From assembly GCA_041665345.1 (NCBI GenBank), contig JBAYJA010000001.1:393206-457205 (forward strand): DNA of 64,000 nucleotides. The letters are read 5' to 3'. Source of the stretch: Patescibacteria group bacterium (GTDB taxonomy: Bacteria > Patescibacteriota > Patescibacteriia > PEXW01). The notes beneath the pieces are model-generated. The model saw only the letters and a list, made by a program, of their open reading frames with translations. It was not told where the DNA came from and made no database searches. The number at the start of each line of letters is the position of its first letter. The first letter of the stretch is position 1. The position numbers and the translations under genes are program-made. This document shows, one piece after another, positions 56,571-64,000 of the stretch.

Positions 56571-56945
56571 TTACGAATTACGAAAAAATCCTACGAATAT
56601 ACGAATTACGAATGGGGGAGGGGGGATGAAGAATGCGCAATGCTCCGAGCGTGGATCCCTGTACCCGCCCACGCACCATCTGGTGCGGAGCCCGCGCTCG
56701 ACCCGGATTGCTGAAGGGTGAAGAGTGTATGACTGACTGAAAAAACCATTCCCTCTCTGTCATCCTGAGGAGTCTTCGACGAAGGATCTTGTTGGTAGTT
56801 ACATACAAAGAGCAAGATCCTTCATATGATTCAGGATGACAGAAAGAAGGAGCGCAGCTAGTCTTTTTGATTCCGTGTTACAGCAAGATTGCCTGCCTCG
56901 TCGGGAGACAGGCCACGCTCCTGCTGGAGTTCGCAATGACAAGGA
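56571..56945. repeat. Intergenic REP-like palindromes and short TACGAA(T) repeats
   Basis: Five TACGAA units at 56571-56613; CTGTCATCCTGA (56757) paired with TCAGGATGACAG (56842); GATTGC..CGCAATGACA. Confidence 0.7.
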
Positions 56946-56998
56946 AAAGATCTCTACAACTTTATAGCTTTACGGCTCTACTGCTTCCCTGGTATCTA

Positions 56999-59281
56999 TC
57001 AAACCTGTCGCTTTACAATAGTCAAAGTTTGGATTTCATTGCCAACCAGGAGGTAGATTTTTTGGTTTGCCTCGTTGACGGTAAAGGCAGTCACTTCACC
57101 AAAACGTTCATGCGTGTACTGGTTGACAAACTTTCCGGTTTTCGTGAAGACTACCAGGCGTTTTCCAGCTGTGTCCAGAATGTAGATGTTCTGCAGGGTT
57201 TGATCCGCGGCAATTTTGGTAGCGGTGGTCAGCGGCGGGTCAATGGTTGAAAGCGCCAGCTGCACCCGATTCCCCTGGGTAAATTTTTGCACTTCACCAT
57301 TTCCGGCAAGGGTATAGATGGAACCATCCACGGCCAGGTCAACAGTATTGCTCACGGTTGCGGTTTGGCGGAGCCAGGCTGCTGCGCGGAAGTTTGCTCC
57401 ACTGCGGGTGGCGCGCAGGATGCTATTACCCGCAATGTCTACGGTGTACAGTGCAGTGTTGTAGGTTGCCAGACCAACGACATTCGCGTTGGTGTTTGGG
57501 CTGGTCAGGCTCACCCGGGTATTGCTGCTTACCCCCAGGCGTTGCTCCACAATTTCCAGGGAACCCGTAAGACCCAGGACGCTACTACTCCCGTAGCCAG
57601 CCAGGGCTTGCACGTCGGTGGCGCCGGTGAACGTTCCAGTAGTTTGCGCTGTGCCACCTGCTGCAGGGAGGCGGTACAGGATGTTGCTGCCGCTATCCAG
57701 GGTGAAGAGTGCGGAGCCCAGCATGGTTACGCTAGTGTAGGTCTTTCCCTCTGGTAAGCTAGCTATTTTTTCCGGTGTCGTGGAAATGGCGTGGCGGGTC
57801 TGGGTGAGTACGTCGTTGATAGAAGTGGCAATGCTGCTACGTCGCGCGGCATCAGCTTCGGCTTTTCGACCCTTCACCTGGGGCAGACCAGTCAGGGTTT
57901 TTTGCGCGTCCTGAAGCAGCTCTTTGGCTCGATCCTCATCGCCGTACAGCAGGGTGGTTCGCGCTTCAGCAATTTTTTCTTCAATCGTAGCGTAGGCGGT
58001 TTCGGCAGCTTGGGCTTTTGTGCTGCGCTGTTTTTGAATTCCAATGCCAATGAGGGTAAGGGCGAAGATGATTGCAATGCCACCCGTGGAAAGGAGGAGT
58101 AGTCGTGAACGCTGTGGAAGCAAACGTACTTCTCTGACGCGTTCCTGCATTAGCGTTGGCAGGGTTTGGGGAGCTTTTTGCACATGCCGACCAGCACGAG
58201 TGAGTGCAGAGAGTACCTTTGGTGTTGCCGCAACTGCAGAGCGTCCACGTTCCCACAAGAACTTTGGAATTTTTTTAAACAGGACATGGCGGACGTGCGT
58301 TAATCGTGGTCCACCAAAAGTTGGACGATTCCGTATGTATCGTTCTTGCGGCGCCGAGTAATTCGCAGGTCGCACAGGTTCATCTTCGGGTCGTTCCAGC
58401 ACAGGAGAAATACGTGTGGGCTTGTGTAAGATCCAGGCACGGAAGAACACCCGGCCGCGCTGCAGAATGGTTTGGGAGCCTCTTTTTAGTGCTGGCCACA
58501 GGGAGGGCGTAAGAAGTTCTTGGGTTTTTGCATCACGAGTAATGAGTTCATCCATGGATCGTTGGGGCGCTCCAGGAATATTTGTTCTTGGTAAGATGCT
58601 CTGCTGGGGCTGCACGTAGACGGCGGTCTGGCTTTGAATCACCACCGCAGCAAAGGCATTATGGTTTGGGTCTGACCGCAGAATATTTTCCAAGTGCTTC
58701 GCTGCACCACCCATGGGCGCTTCGGCAATGGTGCGGCGGATTTTCTCAATGGAAAAGTAGTCCAGGAGGTTTTGCGTCCCAAAGAGAATTGCGGCGTCAC
58801 CTTTCAATGTCCCCGAAGAAATTGCGGAAAGCAATTTCAAGGGGTTGGGTTTGCTGGGGCGGACGCCGTTGAATAGGTCAACAATTTGGCGACCTTGTAC
58901 CAGCATGCCAACCAACCGACCAATGTCGCTGAACAGCACCAGATCTTCACGGAGAACAAACACCACAAGAGCCAGGCGGTCAATCCAGTCGTTCCCAAAG
59001 TCACCAACCAGTTCACTACAGAAACGATTTGTTGCTTGGATGGTGTGCTCAAAAGCCACTTCTGGATTTGCTTCCGTGGAAGTGTAGTACGCTGCTTTGA
59101 GGAAATCTTGCAACCTGCTCAGGAGTTCGTGGTTCACCCGGTCGTTACTTTGCATTTCCGCGACAAAACCCAGCTTCCCAAGCACGCGTTCTTCCGCGGG
59201 GCTGGGGTGAGCTATGAAGACATGCGCAGTCGTCCGGCTGAGGGCTGCATCCGCAATTAAAAGTTTCTCTATACTTCCCAT
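56999..59281 (-). CDS. Large membrane protein (degenerate PP2C-like N-terminus, TM, beta-propeller)
   Basis: Central TM; DLAVDGSIYTL, IYILD, GKFVNQY blade motifs. Confidence 0.75.
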   Translation of the reverse strand: MGSIEKLLIADAALSRTTAHVFIAHPSPAEERVLGKLGFVAEMQSNDRVNHELLSRLQDFLKAAYYTSTEANPEVAFEHTIQATNRFCSELVGDFGNDWIDRLALVVFVLREDLVLFSDIGRLVGMLVQGRQIVDLFNGVRPSKPNPLKLLSAISSGTLKGDAAILFGTQNLLDYFSIEKIRRTIAEAPMGGAAKHLENILRSDPNHNAFAAVVIQSQTAVYVQPQQSILPRTNIPGAPQRSMDELITRDAKTQELLTPSLWPALKRGSQTILQRGRVFFRAWILHKPTRISPVLERPEDEPVRPANYSAPQERYIRNRPTFGGPRLTHVRHVLFKKIPKFLWERGRSAVAATPKVLSALTRAGRHVQKAPQTLPTLMQERVREVRLLPQRSRLLLLSTGGIAIIFALTLIGIGIQKQRSTKAQAAETAYATIEEKIAEARTTLLYGDEDRAKELLQDAQKTLTGLPQVKGRKAEADAARRSSIATSINDVLTQTRHAISTTPEKIASLPEGKTYTSVTMLGSALFTLDSGSNILYRLPAAGGTAQTTGTFTGATDVQALAGYGSSSVLGLTGSLEIVEQRLGVSSNTRVSLTSPNTNANVVGLATYNTALYTVDIAGNSILRATRSGANFRAAAWLRQTATVSNTVDLAVDGSIYTLAGNGEVQKFTQGNRVQLALSTIDPPLTTATKIAADQTLQNIYILDTAGKRLVVFTKTGKFVNQYTHERFGEVTAFTVNEANQKIYLLVGNEIQTLTIVKRQV

Positions 59282-59394
59282 GCTTGTTCCAGTCAAGTGT
59301 CCTCAGTATACTACAGCTATCCCACCTGGGCGAGCAGCCGAACTTGCCCGCGAAACCGCATTTTTACAGGCGTTTTGGACGTTCGCTCAACTCT

Positions 59395-59955
59395 ATGCTC
59401 GACACCCTTTTTGGTTCTGCAACTCGGTATGCCCTTTTGCGAGTCCTGGTCTTCAACCCAGGGCGTTTGTATACCCCGGTGGAGTTGGCCAAGAAAAGCG
59501 GACTTACCCCAGGCGCAGTCCGCGCTGAACTCAAACGGCTCCAGTTGAGTTTGTTGGTCCGTATGACGGAAAAGGACAAACAGGTGGTGGTGCAGGTGAA
59601 TGCCGAAACCGCAATTTTTCCAGAGTTACGAGCTCTCCTGTTAAAGGCACAGTTACTTACGGAGCAAGATTTTGGAACAAAACTTGCCCGCATCGGACGC
59701 GTACAGTACGCCGTGCTCACGGGGTACTTTACCAATGTTCCAGAAGCGCAAACTGATGTGTTCATTGTGGGCACGGTGAACCGGCAAAAGTTGCGCCGGC
59801 TGGTGCGAGCATTCCAACGCGCAATTGATCATGACTTACGCTTCACCGTACTCTCCAAACGCGAGTACAAGTACCGGAGTGATATTACTGATCGTTTTCT
59901 GTACGACATTGTGGAGAACCGAAAAATTGTTCTCATTGACCGGCTACAGCGATGA
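59395..59955 (+). CDS. wHTH plus nucleotidyltransferase-like protein
   Basis: LFGSATR..ELAKK..VRAELKRL; TDVFIVG. Confidence 0.75.
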   Translation: MLDTLFGSATRYALLRVLVFNPGRLYTPVELAKKSGLTPGAVRAELKRLQLSLLVRMTEKDKQVVVQVNAETAIFPELRALLLKAQLLTEQDFGTKLARIGRVQYAVLTGYFTNVPEAQTDVFIVGTVNRQKLRRLVRAFQRAIDHDLRFTVLSKREYKYRSDITDRFLYDIVENRKIVLIDRLQR

Positions 59956-60815
59956 CCGGGCGAATCTTAGTGCTGATTGGTACCGCTGCACAGGCGTACG
60001 TTGCTTGGAGTGATGGTCGGGTAACGCAGAACCGAAGTGCGGCGCAGTTGGGGCGGGGGAATGTGTACCTGAAGCTCCTTACCCAACTCAAGCGCCCCCG
60101 CTCCACCGCGGCAACAATTGCCGTGGCAAGTTCGGGTACCCGCTTTTCTCAAGAGCGGGCGCTGGTGGCTACAGCCAATAGTTTGGCTTTTGCCTGGGGC
60201 GCAACCTTAGTTCGGGTTCCTGTACCAATCCTCCCCTTGTCCAAGGAGCAGCTCGCAATGTTCTTGCAGCAGCTGCCGCGGGGGCATCGGCAGCCATTGG
60301 CACCCACGTATGCTGCGCCGCCGAATATTACGCTAGCCCGGCCGTTCACGGGTACCCACATCAATGCTGGAGGTCTGGTCTACGATCCCGCCAAAAAAGC
60401 CTTGCTCTTTGTGCAGCGCCTAGATAATCATCGAGTTGGCGCCCCCAAGGGGCATAAAGAACCACAGGAAACCATCCTCCAAGCTGCGGAGCGAGAGATT
60501 GGAGAGGAGACTGGCATTGTGGGTTTGGAATGTTTGGGTCGACTCCCAAGCGTTACGTATCTCTCCGATGATCATGGAAAACTCCCAAAAAAAATTCCCC
60601 ACCATTTGCATCACTTTCTCTTTTTGCGCAAAAGTAAGCGGACAATTTCAGTGGTGAAAACTGGTGAGGTGGCTAATCTTCGCTTGCTTTGGTACCCAGC
60701 GTCCAGCCCCCAACCACCCGCAAAACTCCATGCTGACCTGAAGCCTGTTTTCACGCAGGCGGTAGCAATTTTACGTGCCAAAAAACTCCTCTCTCGTCCC
60801 AGCGGTAAGAAGTAA
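59952..60815 (+). CDS. TsaB-like plus Nudix hydrolase fusion
   Basis: GTRFSQERALVATANSLAFAWG..PTYAAPPNIT followed by Nudix box GHKEPQETILQAAEREIGEETG. Confidence 0.75.
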   Translation: MTGRILVLIGTAAQAYVAWSDGRVTQNRSAAQLGRGNVYLKLLTQLKRPRSTAATIAVASSGTRFSQERALVATANSLAFAWGATLVRVPVPILPLSKEQLAMFLQQLPRGHRQPLAPTYAAPPNITLARPFTGTHINAGGLVYDPAKKALLFVQRLDNHRVGAPKGHKEPQETILQAAEREIGEETGIVGLECLGRLPSVTYLSDDHGKLPKKIPHHLHHFLFLRKSKRTISVVKTGEVANLRLLWYPASSPQPPAKLHADLKPVFTQAVAILRAKKLLSRPSGKK

Positions 60816-60850
60816 TTCGACAATCACATTCTCTACTTTTCCAGGCACAG

Positions 60851-61627
60851 CTACCCAGCCGTGGCCAGGTTTGGGAATAACCAAGAGGTTGGAAAGGGGA
60901 GCTGGGAAGGCGCGCGTTCTGCAGTTGGCTCGGGTACTACTTCTTCACCTCGAGCCCGAGCGTAGAGTTGCAGGCCAGACCGACCCAGAGCTCGGAGCAC
61001 GGCAGTTGGGGACTGCTGGGCAAAGTCAGCAATTGTACGGATCCCTGAGGCCTGCAAAGCAGCTGCTGTTCGGTCACCCACGCGGGGGAGCAAACGAACT
61101 GGGAGGTGGTGGAGTATTTCCGCATTCTGCGGCGCCAGGTACTGCCAGCCGGGTTGGCGCAAGCCCCGTCGGGCAAGTTCGGCGTACGTTGGGGTGGAAC
61201 CCATGCCCACCGTCACCTGGCATTCCAGTTCTCGCCAGCACGCTGCTTGGATTTTTAGGAACAAGCTTGTCCGTTCCAGCAGGGTGAGGCTTGTGGTGAC
61301 AAGCATTAGGTCTGCGCCGGCATGGCGAACCACGCTGCCCCAACGTTTGCCTAAGCGCTTGTAGACCTTCAGAAAGGCGTCCAACCGCTGGGTATTTTGC
61401 GGGCGAAGCACCAGCCGTGGAGCACGCTCCATAGCTTGCGCCACAGTCATTCGCGTCCGCACGCCCAAGCTCCGGGCTGCGTCGTTTGCATCCACGATGC
61501 GGGGCTGCACTCCGCCTAAGTCCGCGATGGCAAATGGTGTGCCGCGCAGTTTTGGGTGCATGGCCTCTTCAATGCTCACGGCGGCGTGCCAGAGTTGAAT
61601 AGAAATGGTGGTTGGTGCGTGGGTCAT
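60851..61627 (-). CDS. Short, catalytically inactive DinB/ImuB-like protein
   Basis: HPKLRGTP, ARSLGVRTRM, LPRVGDRTAAAL..GIRTIADF; catalytic D and SIDE motifs absent. Confidence 0.8.
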   Translation of the reverse strand: MTHAPTTISIQLWHAAVSIEEAMHPKLRGTPFAIADLGGVQPRIVDANDAARSLGVRTRMTVAQAMERAPRLVLRPQNTQRLDAFLKVYKRLGKRWGSVVRHAGADLMLVTTSLTLLERTSLFLKIQAACWRELECQVTVGMGSTPTYAELARRGLRQPGWQYLAPQNAEILHHLPVRLLPRVGDRTAAALQASGIRTIADFAQQSPTAVLRALGRSGLQLYARARGEEVVPEPTAERAPSQLPFPTSWLFPNLATAG

Positions 61628-61629
61628 AG

Positions 61630-61645
61630 CCGAAGGAAAACCGAA
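61630..61645 (-). promoter_or_regulatory. TTCGG-N6-TTCGG operator (putative LexA box)
   Basis: TTCGGttttccTTCGG 2 nt before the ATG. Confidence 0.75.
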
Positions 61646-61663
61646 GAGCGAAAGAAAAAAAAT

Positions 61664-62281
61664 TTAGTACTTTCGAATCAAGCCAATCACTTTCCCCTGG
61701 ATGGTTACGGACTTCACATCAATGGGTGCGTACAGGGCATTCGCTGGTTGCAAGCGAATGAAGTTTTTCTTCTTGAAGAATTTTTTTAGCGTGGCCGTGC
61801 CGTCATCCAGCATGGCAACCACCATATCCCCATCCCGCGCCATGTCCGTTTTTTCTACCACCACCATATCGCCATCACCCACCAGGCTTTCAATCATGGA
61901 GTCTCCCCGCACTTTGAGTAGGTACGCGTTCTTCTTCCCCACAATTTCTTGCGGTACAGGGAACATTTCATCTTTGCCAGCATAGGTCTCAATGGGGGAG
62001 CCGGCGGCAATGGCACCCACCAAAGGTAGCATGATAGCGCTGCCAAAATCTTCCTGAGCACTTTCTTGCGTCACCAAGGTAATGCCGCGGGTGTTGTTCC
62101 GATCACGGCGAATAAAACCAGTTTCTTCTAAGAAGCTTAGGTGCTCGTGTACCGTGGCTAAGGATGACAGCCCAAAGGCCTTAGCGATTTCCGTCAGCGT
62201 AGGCGCATATCCATGCTCTTTGACGTACTTGGTCAAGAAGTCGAGGATCGCACGTTTCTGCTTGTGGAGGATTGGAGCCAT
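61664..62281 (-). CDS. lexA: LexA repressor
   Basis: HTH (PTLTEIA..SLATVHEHL), IAAGSP cleavage site, GDSM, TLKK. Confidence 0.96.
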   Translation of the reverse strand: MAPILHKQKRAILDFLTKYVKEHGYAPTLTEIAKAFGLSSLATVHEHLSFLEETGFIRRDRNNTRGITLVTQESAQEDFGSAIMLPLVGAIAAGSPIETYAGKDEMFPVPQEIVGKKNAYLLKVRGDSMIESLVGDGDMVVVEKTDMARDGDMVVAMLDDGTATLKKFFKKKNFIRLQPANALYAPIDVKSVTIQGKVIGLIRKY

Positions 62282-62396
62282 GGGGAGAGTCGTAAAGCTG
62301 CTCCGACGCTTCGGTCGGAGCCCCGACATCCCGTTGCGGGATCGTCGGGGTAGAGCCCTAAAGCCGTAGGCCGTAAGCGCTGACTGAGGTGAAAAG

Positions 62397-62425
62397 AGTA
62401 TAGCCGAAGGAAAACCGAATAGCAA
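62397..62425 (-). promoter_or_regulatory. lexA promoter with TTCGG-N6-TTCGG operator
   Basis: TTGCTA-[TTCGGttttccTTCGGc]-TATACT. Confidence 0.8.
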
Positions 62426-62737
62426 GCATACTCATAACGAATTGTTGGGGCTTTATTGGTATTGAATCAGTGCGCTGTACAATAGGGTGTGGATAACTTT
62501 CTGGCTAAGGTTAGATTAGTAATGCATAGGGAATTTGTTTATTATTGACTGTTTCCTGAGGTTTTTGGGTACTTATCCTTAGGAAAAGGTTAGTTTTGTC
62601 TTTTCCTTAACGTCTTTGTTTATCGTGGTTATTTCCTTGACATACTCTGGGATAGGTTTAGGCTTTAGGTAATACAGCACAAAGAAGGTTGGTGAACTCG
62701 CACCTTTCAACCATCTCTTCGTTAATCTTTGATCATT

Positions 62738-62962
62738 ATGACAAAGAAAAGTATTGGTATTGCCGTGGTGGCGTTAATTGCCGCCGGTGCAGGGTTTCTG
62801 TTTATGCAGAAGACGCCTGCCGCTCAAGCAGTAGGTGGGTCAAGTGTTACCTGCATTCAGGTATGCTTGGCACAGAACTTTGAAACTGGCCAGTGCGAGC
62901 AGTGGGCACCACGTCCACATGCGTGCTTTGACAGCCACGCTGCAAACCTTGTTACAAAGTAA
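62738..62962 (+). CDS. Small exported Cys-containing protein
   Basis: Signal/TM followed by CIQVC..TGQC..HAC. Confidence 0.6.
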   Translation: MTKKSIGIAVVALIAAGAGFLFMQKTPAAQAVGGSSVTCIQVCLAQNFETGQCEQWAPRPHACFDSHAANLVTK

Positions 62963-63122
62963 TTTTTCAGTAGACAAAAGCATCCTTCATTTGGGTGCTT
63001 TTGTGTAGGTGGAAAGTTGTTTTTTTCCCTTGACAAAATTGAGGGAAAGGCGTATAGCAAAGGGAAGCATCGGATGATCTTTGAAAATTTTACTTTCAAT
63101 ATATTGAGAAAGGAGGGTGCGT

Positions 63123-64000
63123 ATGTGGCGCATCTTCATTCGTTGTAATAGCATGCTCTTGGGGATGCTGGTGGTTTCCTGTGCGGGTTGTGCGGGTACG
63201 GTGCAGTTTGGTTTGCAAGACAAGCCAAAGGTACCAACTCCGTATGTGGATGCCCTGAAGCAATTGCCTGTGGGCACTGTGTTGGACTCGATGAATCTAC
63301 GTGATTCATTGCAAACCCTACTGATCATGTTTCAGTATTCGGATACTGCAATGTACTGTGCACTTTCTGCCGTTGATCCAGTCGCAAATCCGGGTCTGCT
63401 AGAAACCATGCTACGTGATTTCAAGGCACGGAAAGACCTGGAAACTGGTCGAGGTGATACGCCAGACCGTTGTGAATGGTGGAACGATTTTTGGGAAAAG
63501 CGGGCGAAATATTGTTTCTCACACTTCCGAACCAGTTTTTTTGGAAGGTTTCTTGAGCCTATGAGAACCGAAGCAGTTTTCAAGAATGGTATTCCTGATG
63601 AGGATTACTGGATTGAGGTTCCATGCTTTACGATGCAGGACAAACCAGGAACTGGTCAATGTCAAGTGAACGAGCTGGAATGGAAAGGGGGTAAGCAATT
63701 GGCGTATCAAGCAGATGCCGACGGAGAAATCGCTATGATGGTTCCATCGCAGAATGCTCTTGGGAGAAAGCGTAAACCAGCTGAACGATTATTTGCAATG
63801 AAGGAGGACGAGCGGAGATTTGTTTCGCTCCAAACTCCCCAGTTCGATCCCTTTCCAGTTGGGACGAAGGATTTTTCGGCCTCCGTGTACCTGAGCACCT
63901 TCCCAAATGGGGATGTGTATGACGTCTACCTTGTGTCTGGTGTTCCCATGAAGCAGCTCATGAACGGGGATTCCACGCTGGAATTCACGGCCACGACAAA
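63123..64000 (+). CDS. Hypothetical exported or lipoprotein, runs off the window end
   Basis: AGGAGG SD; MWRIFIRCNSMLLGMLVVSCAGC; frame open to 64000 (not in the ORF track). Confidence 0.7.
   Translation, partial: MWRIFIRCNSMLLGMLVVSCAGCAGTVQFGLQDKPKVPTPYVDALKQLPVGTVLDSMNLRDSLQTLLIMFQYSDTAMYCALSAVDPVANPGLLETMLRDFKARKDLETGRGDTPDRCEWWNDFWEKRAKYCFSHFRTSFFGRFLEPMRTEAVFKNGIPDEDYWIEVPCFTMQDKPGTGQCQVNELEWKGGKQLAYQADADGEIAMMVPSQNALGRKRKPAERLFAMKEDERRFVSLQTPQFDPFPVGTKDFSASVYLSTFPNGDVYDVYLVSGVPMKQLMNGDSTLEFTATT

Overview
Chromosomal segment of a small-genome bacterium, inferred to be Patescibacteria/CPR (code 11) from gene content such as the baseplate-J-like protein, paired DUF3048 genes, archaeal-type UMP kinase and Asn-rich surface proteins. 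It holds housekeeping genes (thrS, dnaE, rodA, rplY, prmC-prfA-rpmE, rpsB-tsf, rpmG, ftsEX, metK, mltG, pyrH, rplJL, lexA, a Y-family polymerase), seven intact tRNA genes and two AT-rich accessory blocks next to tRNA-Trp and tRNA-Gln. The most striking signals are non-coding. (1) A promoter, a near-leaderless 18-aa peptide with three tandem Asn codons and mutually exclusive terminator/antiterminator hairpins lie directly upstream of tRNA-Asn, suggesting a ribosome-stalling attenuator that controls a tRNA gene through its own decoding. (2) A miniature T-box precedes thrS, with the ACC specifier in an anticodon-like 7-nt loop. (3) Two families of structured repeats start at the base after tRNA CCA ends, and related palindromes interrupt partial duplicates of tRNA and polymerase genes and sit in riboswitch loops. 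(4) A TTCGG-N6-TTCGG operator links lexA, an inactive polymerase homologue and a small accessory gene. (5) An orphan DGR-like target gene is present. All calls were made by eye; no searches or folding programs were run.
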